The notes under the pieces were generated by a model. It ran no database searches. It saw nothing but the letters and a program-made list of their open reading frames with translations, and had not been told where the DNA came from. Source: Octopus sinensis (lineage: Eukaryota). From it: 64,000 nt of DNA. Of the stretch, positions 24,562 through 34,969 are shown in pieces; the stretch's first letter is position 1, and each line of letters begins with the position of its first letter. The translations under genes were made by a program, and so were the position numbers. The stretch lies in the NCBI RefSeq assembly GCF_006345805.1, contig NW_021832227.1, forward strand, positions 1 to 64,000, read 5' to 3'.

Positions 24562-25485
24562 ATGATCTCTAATCATGATGAAAAACTAAAAACTGAATAC
24601 ATCGTGGCTAACAGATACAGACTAATCCAAAAAGTAGGCAGTGGATCTTTCGGAAAAATATATTCCGCCTATGACATTACCACCGGAGAAAAAGTAGCCA
24701 TAAAAATGGAGAAATCTCAATCCAAACATCTCCAGTTGTGTTTTGAGAGCAAAGTATACCGAATCCTCCAGTCCTACGCAGGAATTCCTGCCATGAAGGA
24801 CTATATCGAGGAGAATGACTACAATAGTCTTGTTATTGAGCTCCTGGGTCCCTCACTGGAAAAACTATTCGACAAATGCAAACGAAAATTCAACCTCAAG
24901 ACTGTCCTTATGCTGGCTTTGCAAATCATAGACAGACTGGAACTTCTCCATTCACGTTGTTTTATCCACAGAGATGTGAAACCTGACAATTTTCTGATCG
25001 GGACCGGTCGGTTGTGTCACAGATTGTACCTCATTGACTTTGGATTGGCTAAAAAATACAAAAGTTCGACGACAGGAGTCCATATTCCTTACAGAGATGA
25101 TAAAAGTCTGACGGGAACTGCGAGATATGCCAGTTCTAATACTCATATGGGTATTGAGCAGAGCAGAAGGGATGATATGGAGTCCCTGGGATACATGTTG
25201 CTATATTTCCTGAGAGGGAACCTTCCATGGCAGGGTTTACAGGCTTCAAATAAGAAGGAAAAGTACAGGAAAATTGGGGAAATGAAGGTTTCTACGAGCA
25301 TTGAGAGTCTTTGTCGTGGATTTCCTAACGAGTTTGTGTTGTATTTCAAGTATTGTCGGAGTTTGGATTTTGAGAAGAAACCTGATTATAATTATCTTCG
25401 AAAAATTTTTAAATTGCTGTTTAAAAAGATGGGGTACGTTGATGACGATTTGTATCTGTGGTTTTTTGTTCCTGATGAAGAATGA
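24562..25485 (+). CDS. CSNK1A1: Casein kinase I (alpha-like), intronless
   Basis: [49 protein letters not shown] and LPWQGL motifs. The isoform assignment is tentative. Confidence 0.93.
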   Translation: MISNHDEKLKTEYIVANRYRLIQKVGSGSFGKIYSAYDITTGEKVAIKMEKSQSKHLQLCFESKVYRILQSYAGIPAMKDYIEENDYNSLVIELLGPSLEKLFDKCKRKFNLKTVLMLALQIIDRLELLHSRCFIHRDVKPDNFLIGTGRLCHRLYLIDFGLAKKYKSSTTGVHIPYRDDKSLTGTARYASSNTHMGIEQSRRDDMESLGYMLLYFLRGNLPWQGLQASNKKEKYRKIGEMKVSTSIESLCRGFPNEFVLYFKYCRSLDFEKKPDYNYLRKIFKLLFKKMGYVDDDLYLWFFVPDEE

Positions 25486-26554
25486 ACTATCTTTACAGAT
25501 TGCTAACCATTGTTTGCTTTTTCTTTTAAAATTACTCTTTTTTACTACTAAATGTGAATATGGGTTTATTGGAGCTTGTTTTATAATGATTTAACAATAT
25601 AATTTCCGGTGAGTCGTTTATAGTTTTTCTCGGGGTAAATGAGATTTCAGTTACAGATTCAGGTCAGACTTTTGCTATCTTTTTTGATGATGGGTAATCG
25701 GTGATTATTCAGTTAGTTTGGGTAAAATATTAAATCTAAAATGATTCAGTTCTTGAAATTTGATATAATAAAAAAATGTGAATAATTTGGGTTTAATGAC
25801 CATCAATTTATTACATTGACGAAATAACCAAATACAATAATTAATCAATTTTAAAATCAACTTATCAAAAGAAGTACTTTTATGGAAATCAGAATTAGCC
25901 ATATTTTACAAAAGAATAAATAAAAACTAATTTTTACAAACGGAATTTTAGACGAAACAAAAGAAGAACGTCAGGTATTTACGGAGTCAATATTAATCAG
26001 TAGTTTGGAAATTAAATATAAATCAAAGAAAATAAAACTTTTAAATAGAAACAAAGGTTAAACAAAGAAGATCAAATATATGAGGAATTAGCGAAAAAAT
26101 AAAATCCAAAAAGCAAAGTTTTCATAATAGATCTTTGTCGTAAATAAACTCGAATTCAATGATTAATTAAAGTTAGTTTAAAAATAAATAAAAACTAAAG
26201 GAAAAAGTTTAGTAGAGTACTTTTTAACGATTAATGTTATTATATATTGATTAAAACATTTACAAATCATTAATAATACAGCTGGTAAAAGAATTGATTT
26301 GAAACTGCCTCAAAATATTGCAAGTAAAATTATTTTCACGACTTGAAACCAACATTTCATTTGAATTGAGAGATTAAAAGATAAAAAATCAGAAAAAATA
26401 ATTTTGACTATTACAAGTCAAAATGAAAGATTAATTTTTTGATTCATAGTCTTTTGTTTTTGTTTGATATGCAGAGACGGCACATGAGTCAGAGATCAAA
26501 TTTTTTTAAAATGAATTATAAATCAATATTGCAGCCGAAATTTCTAAGAAAAGT

Positions 26555-26665
26555 AAAAATCCCAACGAGAATCGTCATCTTCTCGAAAGAGTCTTGTTGG
26601 CGATCGTCCAGGGGAACAGCGCCGGCAGTTCAATATAATTTTTGTCTGTATTTTTATCTCTGTCT
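26555..26665 (+). mobile_element. CRE 3' remnant
   Basis: NPNENRHLLERVLLAIVQGNSAG. Confidence 0.55.
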
Positions 26666-28699
26666 TAAAAAATCAATTTTTTGCGCAGATTGAAACCTTG
26701 CTATTTAGTTGCCAATATCATCTATAAAAGACTTTTTACCTGTGGATATAAAAACTTATCAATTTTCATTGCTAAAAATATTCTCAGATCTGATTTCTTT
26801 ATTTTCAAACAAAAAATATTGACAACTATGATTGATTTACTAATGTTATTAGCAGATAAAATTAGAGTAGTATTTGTTCCAATGAATTTTCAAATTTGTT
26901 CAATTCGTCCAAATGCTTCTTTCTGGCTATCGTTTACTTTCTCGTCATCAAAATGGTAGTCCATTACTCTAAAGATGGGGAGTCAGAATTTGTTTTAGTT
27001 ATGGTAACTCTAGATGGTGTATCTCAGACCCCAATGTGAGGAGAGTTTGACTCGTTTATATTAAGTTTGCCTTTTTTGCACAAACAACACATTTGTATGC
27101 AATTGCTATAAATTAGAGTCTTATAATCTTGTGAACTAAGAGTACTCTTAGTTACATGTGCTTTTGAAATTTTACAAAAATTTATTTTAATATCTTTGCA
27201 TGTACTTATGTAGAAAATTTGATTAAATGTCAAAAGAATTGAAAAAACACTCTATTTATATTTTGAAACGTTTTGTTGAAATACAATATAACAAATATTG
27301 GTGTGGTTACACCTCAGTAGTGGAAATACTGGAAAAATGTGGCATTCTAGTCATTAATTTAAATTCAGATTGTACTGATTGTCCTTAGCTGGATTATCCT
27401 CATATATTCAAAAATTGACATTAGGAAAGATCATTTATCCTGACAACTGCATCAAAAAATGTAAAAAACCATCCTGCTTAAATATAAAAATGGCCTTGAT
27501 GAAATTGTGCAATCATTAGAAAAATTCTCTTTAAATATTTTTTATGATTAATAAAGAATATAAAATTAATAATCTATTTCCGAGATCTTGCATATGCATT
27601 TGTGAACTTTGGAGGAGCAGGGAAAAAATTCATTGGAACAAATTTAAATTTTTCTGATACTTAAAAATTTTAGAAAACTTGCTTGTAGTTTTCCATCGTC
27701 CCAACACTGTCTAGGAAAACATAGGCGGGGGTTTGGAGGAAAGCAGTCTAAATAGAATTAAAATTAAGACCAGGTGTCGATGGTGGAAGTTTGGAGGGAT
27801 AATCGGAATTTGGACGTTCTATGAATATATAAGAAGTGTTAGTTTTTGGGGGTGATAATTGTAACGAGACGTCGGGTTTTGTTGATTTTGAAATTCGACT
27901 GGGCGTATGAGAACTGGACATTGTGTCTTGTGATAAGATTATGGTTATTTCGGCATTCTTATCTGTTATATATCCGCTAATCTGGATAAATTTTTTATGA
28001 CTAATTATTGCAAGTCATTGCATTCCCAACACGTGTTTTCACATGTGTATATAAAGAAATAGAAAAATATACACTTCTCGACAAAAAAATACCGCAGTTT
28101 TATAACAAATACATTTCTCAAATTGAAGGAGACTGCTCAGGTCCACCTGATTTGACATTGTGCATATTCTACAAGAGGATATAGCAGATCCGTCTCCTTT
28201 GTCATTTTTTCGGTTTTTCCGAACCATATCCACAAGCAACTGCAACTGAAGTTCACAGTGATTCTAACTGCTGTCACCTTCAAATTTGTGATGAACCAAA
28301 ACCTCTCACAAATTTCGTATCTCACATTTAATACTTGTGGTTTATAATATTTGTTTATGGTAGATATGTAGCCTGGCGGATAGTTGTGGTTTTAATATTC
28401 ATTGTCAGAACACACATATTTTCTTCTTGTTGCTCCTTCTAGTGCTTGTCTGTTTTTGGCACAGCATCATCCCTTCAGAAATAACAACAAAATGGGAAAC
28501 AGAATTGAAAATTGTGTTTTTGTTTTCTTCGACATTTCCTATTTGTGCCTGCAAATTTGGTTTATTTTTGACATCTACAACCAAATAATACTCGTTGGTC
28601 ATCTTAAAGCTTTCAATAAAAACAGCACTTGTTTAATCGTTCTCTAACATGTTTTAATATATCTCACTTTTATGACGCTTTTTTGGTATTTGAGCAAAT

Positions 28700-29150
28700 A
28701 GCCAGCAGCTATAGTTGAGAGTTTGTATTCCGGACGCATTCTCTCTAATGTCTTTTTAATCGCGATCCTCTTGACATAGACACGAGTTGAATCCTCGATT
28801 TTTAGGAAATTTTGTGAAGCTTGTACAATTTAGATACTATTCCACTCCATGTGAAATTCAGTGGTACGACGTACACATTTGCATCGTGGAACAACCGGAT
28901 TTTAAAAGAAACTTAAAAACTAAGAAATTCCTAAGAGTTGCATCATTTTGTGGAATTCCGATCCCAAGCTGATCAAAAAGGCCTTTTTCCTCAGTCAGAT
29001 TTTTGCTGATTCTAAAAATGTAACAATTTTTCTTGTCTCTTATCACTACTCCGTTCCTTCTGGAGTGTAGAAGACCCATTCATGTAGTCTTTGTAAGCGA
29101 ATATCAAACTAAAGCAAAGAAACTTTGCTAAACTATCAGAGTTGTTGAAA
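28700..29150 (-). mobile_element. R4-like RLE retrotransposon 3' remnant
   Basis: VYVVPLNFTWSGIVSK...RVYVKRIAIKKTLE. Confidence 0.55.
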
Positions 29151-29539
29151 AAGTTTTTTTATTGCGAGTCTACCGATTAATACCTCCCGTTTTCCACATT
29201 CGAAGTCATTTTTACAATTGTAAATTAATTTTGCTGTCATTATTTTTGTGATCAAAAAAACTTTTAACGAGTATAACCCCACAAGGACATTTTATAAAGG
29301 AAATTTGCTTTTCGCCAGAATTCAACATGATCCTTTTTGTTTTGCTGCATTCTGTGGATAAATAAAGACCAAGTTCACTTTGCAAGCTTACAAGAACACA
29401 GAAGGTTTATTTTCTAAATTACAAACTCGTCATTAACTAATTAAAGAAGAAAATAAAAGAACCAAAACGAATCCAAAAAGAAAGAACCGAGTTTGTTTTA
29501 CTGATTGGGTCAGATTGAAACGAGACATCATATGTACCT

Positions 29540-31110
29540 TCAACTAAAAGAAAAATTGCCCCATGCATCTTCGTGCTTCGTCAAAAAAGTTTAATGTTTT
29601 TCGTTCCCTCGTTGCTTTTGAACCATCCCCGAAATCCATAGATCAAGAATGGTTCGATGCACGCGAGTATACGTATAGAAAGCTTTCCGATTCAGTTGAA
29701 ATCGTTTGAGAGCTTTCAGCATTGCAGTAAGCTTTTTTCTTTCTGCTGATTATATGATTTTTAAAAGATCCAGATTCATCTACAACAGGGGTCGGAAAAA
29801 TACGGCCCGCGGAGCAATCCAATCCGGCCCGCGTATAGATTTTTATATATTACCGATAAAATAAATTATTTAGATAAAATATTTAATTTGTACTTCTGCT
29901 TAATGAATTAACATTTGATTTCCGCAAATACTTTGGCATTTTGTTGATTGTGTATTCATTAATGAAACAAAATATTTCTAAAAAGCGTAAAGTTGACAGC
30001 GAGTGTCAAATTTTTAGTGATTATTGGACGCTCGATTATTTCTTTGTTGAACATAATGGGAATCCTGTTTGCATGATTTGTTTTGACAGGATCTGTCAAT
30101 AAAATTTTAATCGTTCGGAGACATTATGAATCATTTCTTTCAGAATTTTTTTCTAAATTTACGGGCCAAGAAAAAATTAATGAAGTTGAAAAATTCAAAC
30201 GAAATTTAAAAGTCAAACTTCATTTTTTCAAAAAAAAATCTGCCCTAATTCATTCTTTCTGCCATGCAAGCTATGAAATTTAATTGCGAATTTGTGAAAG
30301 AATCGTTAATGATTGTCAAAAAATGAAACCTTTTTCTGATGGCGAATTTATGAAAGAATCGTTAATGATTGCTGCTGATGTTATTTTCCCTAAAAAAATG
30401 CAATTTTAATCAATAACTTTATCTCCTAGAACTGCAATTCGACGTATTGAGGAACTGTAGCGGCCACGACCTATGCACCTAATTTCAATGAACTCTCGAA
30501 CAATAAACGACAGTATATGAAAAATTAAACAGCAAATTCAATTAAAATAAAATTTACTCGTTGTTTAGTTAAATAAAGTTTTATGCAATTAATTAATATT
30601 CGCTTTAAATAAGTAAAAAAATTATCCGGCCAGCAGACCAATAATTTTTTTATAATCCGGCCCGTGAAGTCGGAAATTCTGCCGACTCCTGATCTACAAC
30701 TATTCCGAGATATTTTAGATTTTTCTCGGATTTTATTACTCCACTGTCAATATAATGATCACGTTTCCTTTTGTTCTTACCAATCCAGGCAACAGTACTT
30801 TTTTTCAAAAGATAGGACAAGTCTTTATCTTCACACTATCTTCCAATCTTTTCAATATGACCAAAGGGTTCTTTTCCATGATATTGATTTGCTCAAGGAT
30901 AGATCCATAAGTAAAATATCATCTTCATAAACGATCATCTCCATGTTAGGATGACCCACTTGTCGCACATCACAAAATTAAATAAAAGTGGACTAATGAC
31001 TAATCCCTGTGAAACTACTCTCATAAGCAAGATTTTCTTCCACAATTGGTTTCCGACGCGTAAGCTCACAAGAAAATCGCTGAATAATCAAACATTTTAA
31101 CGAACGGTAA
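29540..31110 (-). mobile_element. Degenerate LINE RT, interrupted by a hAT
   Basis: VSQGLVISPLLFN, VYEDD and LKYLGIVVD. The sequence rejoins across the 29786-30691 insertion. Confidence 0.6.
29786..30691 (+). mobile_element. Internally deleted hAT (SPIN/GTF2IRD2-like)
   Basis: TIRs CAGGGGTCGG and CCGACTCCTG, 8-bp TSD ATCTACAA, and a BED-region remnant (KRKVD...W..DYFFVEH.GNPVCMIC). Confidence 0.88.
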
Positions 31111-31136
31111 ACCAATTTCCTTTTATCTTAATCAAA

Positions 31137-31570
31137 GCCCCCTTGGCTGAAGACTAAGCTATGGATAATGGATTTGGATGGTCGTGAGTTCGATTCCGAA
31201 GGAGGACAGTTTTCATCCTGGGGCTAATTCTCGTTATCGTTCCCCTGCCCGTGAGGCAACGAGTACTTCTGGCACGACACAGTTGGAAATGGGGATCTCT
31301 TACCTTCCGGGCTTAGCGTGGCGTTACGGGGTCCACCATGTCAGTTGGAAATTCCTTCGGATATGGCAACGCTCAGGAGGCACTTAATGCCTTCCGAAAG
31401 AGGACTCTTAGCTTCTCAGACCCTGGGACATCGTCGTCTCAGGCCGATCTTGCGGGAAGGATTGAACCTTTCAGAAGGATCTCCCTCGTTTGGATCGGCG
31501 ATCACGGGATTAACTATAATTAACTGGCTTGCCCGTATTGGTCTTTAAATAATAATAATAATAATAATAA
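31137..31570 (+). mobile_element. Full-length tRNA-derived SINE with (TAA)n tail
   Basis: tRNA-like head with an A box (TGGCTGAAG) and B box (GAGTTCGATTCC), a second copy at 34691-34965, and a (TAA)n tail. Confidence 0.75.
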
Positions 31571-31884
31571 AGCCTGGCTCAGTCTCTCGCAAAACCGAGA
31601 AGATGAAGATTGGAAAGTACAAGGAGCTCTCTGAACGGTATCTGTTCACTCCCATCGCCGTCGAGACTTCCGGCGTCATCGGCGAAAAGTCTCTTTCCTT
31701 TCTAAAAAAGCTTGGCCGCATGATCTCCCATAAACGGGGAGACCCACGCGAGTCCAAGTGGCTTTTCGAAAGGATTTCCTTGGCCATAGTACGTGGAAAC
31801 TGTGTTTCCATTTACGATGCCGGAATTTAGTTAGTTAATAACTATTTGTTAATTACATATAAAAAAAAAAAAAAAAAAAAAAAA
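31571..31884 (+). mobile_element. 5'-truncated CRE retrotransposon with A24 tail, inserted in the SINE TAA tail
   Basis: KYKELSERYLFTPIAVETSGVIG...DPRESKWLFERISLAIVRGN. TAATAATAA flanks both sides. Confidence 0.85.
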
Positions 31885-32077
31885 TAATAATAAATAAGCA
31901 AGTCAAGAAAATCAGACAATTTTTTAATGTTGGACTTGATTATGTGTATTACACAGTAATATCGAGTTTGCTCTGTAATTAAAACTTTTAGCCTTAAAAT
32001 ATAAAATATCTCGGTCGTTGTGTTACGGGATAATTGCCATTCAAAACGCAGAAATAACCCTTGTACTCTCCATTATT

Positions 32078-32345
32078 CACTTACCTGGCTAGTATCTGCC
32101 TTTGTTTTTTTGACTCTCACTCTTAATAATTTGTTTATTTTCGAAAAAAATATGTTAATTAAACGTCGGCAAAAATTGTAAAACAATACTTTAAAAATAA
32201 TTTTTTTCCACACAAAAAGTTTTAAATATAAAATCCAGAACTTTTTCATCGACCCCTCCATTAACCACGTGCTCACTGGAAACAGCCATTGCATTAGCCG
32301 CTAATTTCAAATCTTTTGTCGCCAAAACAATCGGTCTTCCAAATG
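32078..32345 (-). pseudogene. Duplicated 3' fragment of GTPBP3/MnmE-like tRNA-modification GTPase
   Basis: DLKLAANAMAVSSEHVVNGGVDEKVLDFIFKTFCV, frameshifted. Direct repeat of 33631-33900. Confidence 0.6.
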
Positions 32346-32350
32346 CTTAT

Positions 32351-33600
32351 ACAGTAAACATCGGTTAATTGCATAAATCGGTTAATGGCATAAATTCATG
32401 TTTAAAACCATAACTTATATGGTTTCCAATGAAAAAATATCGGCTAATTGCATATCGGTTATTTGCATAAATCGGTTAATGGCATAAATTCATGTTTAAA
32501 ACCATAACTTATATGGTTTTCATTGAAAAAATATCGGCTAATTGCATATCGGTTAATTGCATAAATCGGTTAATTGCATACTTTCATTGGGAACATTTGC
32601 TATTTTTTCTTATAAAAATTTTTGCATAATTGCATAATTATAATTTGTAATTTTAGAATTTAATTATTATTACACATGTTATCTTCGTTACGTCGTGATC
32701 TTACACTTTCTCAAAAATTGGAAATAATCAATTTGTTTATTCAAGGAGGTCAAACTCAATCAGCTCTATCTGCAAGATTCAACTGTTCTCAGTCTCAAGT
32801 CTCACGGATTTTGAAGAATAGAGAAGAAATTATGCTATTGGCTGAATCTAATTGAACCAATTTGAGTCGAAAAAGACGACGCAATGGGAAAGAAAAGAAC
32901 GTAGAAACTGCATTGTCCGTTTGGTTTGCTCAAACCAGGACCAAAAATGTACCAATAAATGGTAACATACTAACCCACAAAGCTACTAGCTTTGCCAAAA
33001 CAATGAAAATGGATGACCTTATTCCTACTTCAGGTTGGCTTCAGCGTTGGAAAGAAAGAAACAACATATCATTTAAACGCATTTATGGGGAGAAAAAAGA
33101 TTCCGATATAAATGCTGCTGAATACTGGTGCCAATGGACATTAAAAGATCTTTTAAAAGACTATACACGGGAAAACATTTATAATTGTGATGAAACAGGA
33201 CTCATATTCCGAAGTTTACCCGACCGGACATAATGAGGATGAAGAATGTATCGGAATCATGTCCGATGAAGAAATATGTTTAATGTCAAGAGATATTTCT
33301 TGTGAAGACGATGAGGACGATGAAGATCCCATACCCGTGAAAACAACCAGTTCGGAAGCTATGGGTGCATGCAGATTAATACGCCAGTTTCTTACTAACA
33401 GCGATTTAACAAGTGAAATGGATATGGACAACTTCTATGAACTAGAAAAAAGCGTCCTACGCCTTTGCCAGAAGACTAGACAGTCCAAAATTAATGATTT
33501 TTTTAAACGTTTTTGATTATTTTCTTTTCTTGACTATTAAAAAAATTATTGATTTTTATTAAAACATCGGTTAATTGCATAAGATTTTCCGTGGACAAAT
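32351..33600 (+). mobile_element. pogo/Tigger element (HTH_psq, CENP-B HTH, truncated DDE)
   Basis: TA-CAGTAAAC start and subterminal CGGTTAATTGCAT repeats. Motifs SVWFAQ...VPING, SGWLQRWKERNNI and IYNCDETGL. Confidence 0.82.
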
Positions 33601-33630
33601 GGGCAAATTTCCGTCCACTATCCTTTCAGC

Positions 33631-33975
33631 CACTTACCTGGCCAGCATCTGCCTTTGTTTTTTGGACTCTCACTCTTAATAATTTGTTTATTTTCGAAAA
33701 AATATGTTAATTAAACGTCGATAAAAATTGTAAAACAATACTTTACAAATAATTTTTTTCCGACACAAAAAGTTTTAAATATAAAATCCAGAACTTTTTC
33801 ATCGACTCCTCCATTAACCACGTGCTCACTGGAAACAGCCATTGCATTAGCCGCTAATTTCAAATCTTTTTTGCCAAAACAATCGAAGTCTCTCAATTGC
33901 TCATAAAATCACCTTAAATGTTCCCTCGATTTCCTCATATACGACTCATGTCTCGACCAATCACTTTGTCCTCAC
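33631..33975 (-). pseudogene. GTPBP3: GTPBP3/MnmE-like C-terminal fragment
   Basis: SRHESYMRKSREHLR*FYEQL...DLKLAA...VLDFIFKTFCVGK matches the MnmE C-terminal IF..FCxGK signature. It has an in-frame stop and no GTPase domain upstream. Confidence 0.65.
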
Positions 33976-33979
33976 ACCT

Positions 33980-34490
33980 TACTAAATAAAACATGTGAAA
34001 TACAAGGCCATCAATCTGGACGACAGCATAAAAGGGAGTGTAATTCTTTGGTATCGACTTTACTACCACATTGGCATTTGCCCCCCGAGCAGACATTAGG
34101 ATCCAAGCGCATTCCTACGCCAAACCTCACACAGTCATTATCAAGAAAAGTTCAGACTGAGAGAAAGGGAGAGCAGTAAGCCAAAAACCACTTTCAGGTC
34201 TAGCACCTTCACAGAAACAAACAAGGTGGTGTTGATCCAATGTAGGTCTGATTGTGTCAATTTTAGCTTTGCTGGAGATATCATCCTATTCCTTGAGATG
34301 TTGAATAAAATGGCCAATTCGGATTTCTTCTAAACTGCACAAGCTCCAGAGAAAACTTGGTCTTTTTCCAATCCGCGAAAGTAACGTAAGATTTGAGTGA
34401 TGAGGACGTGCGAGTTGGCGCCTGAGAAGAGAAAGGCAGAAAGGGCTATGTCCAGTGGCGAACGTAGTCCAACTTTACCAAGGGGTAGAG
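33980..34490 (-). mobile_element. CRE-clade retrotransposon fragment (post-RT zinc-finger region)
   Basis: ESGFWLTALP...LDNDCVRFGVGMRL...CQCGSKVD...HSLLC. Confidence 0.7.
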
Positions 34491-34690
34491 GCTTGCAACA
34501 TGATTTAAAAATCATGATTTTTATCAAAAAGTCAAAAAATCTGATTTTGTTGATTTAAACAGGATTTTTTTGATTTAAATCAGATTTTTATGATATAGAT
34601 GATTTTTATTGCAAAAACAAAATAGATAAAAATAACAAGAATAAAAATCGTATTTATTTAAAAGCTTGTAAATAAAGACAAGTTTGACAG

Positions 34691-34965
34691 CCAATGAGTA
34701 CTTCTGGCACAACACAGTTGAAAAATAAGGATCTTTTACCTACCTTCCTTTCTTAGCGTGGCGTTATGGGATCCACCATGTCAGTTGGAACTTCCAATTG
34801 GATATGGAAACGTTCAGGAGGCACTTAATGCCTACCGAAAAAAGGACTGACATGTGGGCAGGATCGAACCTTTCAAAAGGATCTCTTTTGCTTGAATCGG
34901 GGATCACGGGGATTATAATTAACTGGCTTACCCTGGTCTTTTGGTCAATAAATAAATAATAAATA
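34691..34965 (+). mobile_element. 5'-truncated SINE copy (family of 31137)
   Basis: Colinear with 31258-31570, with an AATAA tail. Confidence 0.72.
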
Positions 34966-34969
34966 GACA

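Noticed and set aside
31137-31200. Functional tRNA gene
   Set aside because: A and B boxes are present but there is no complete cloverleaf. It is followed by a repeated body and a (TAA)n tail, so it is a SINE head.
32079-32089. U1 snRNA 5' end (ACTTACCTGGC), also at 33632-33642
   Set aside because: No U1 stem-loops or Sm site follow. It is the reverse complement of a CAG|GTAAGT donor.
32360-32580. Independent minisatellite or regulatory array
   Set aside because: It is the subterminal CGGTTAATTGCAT repeat region of the pogo element.
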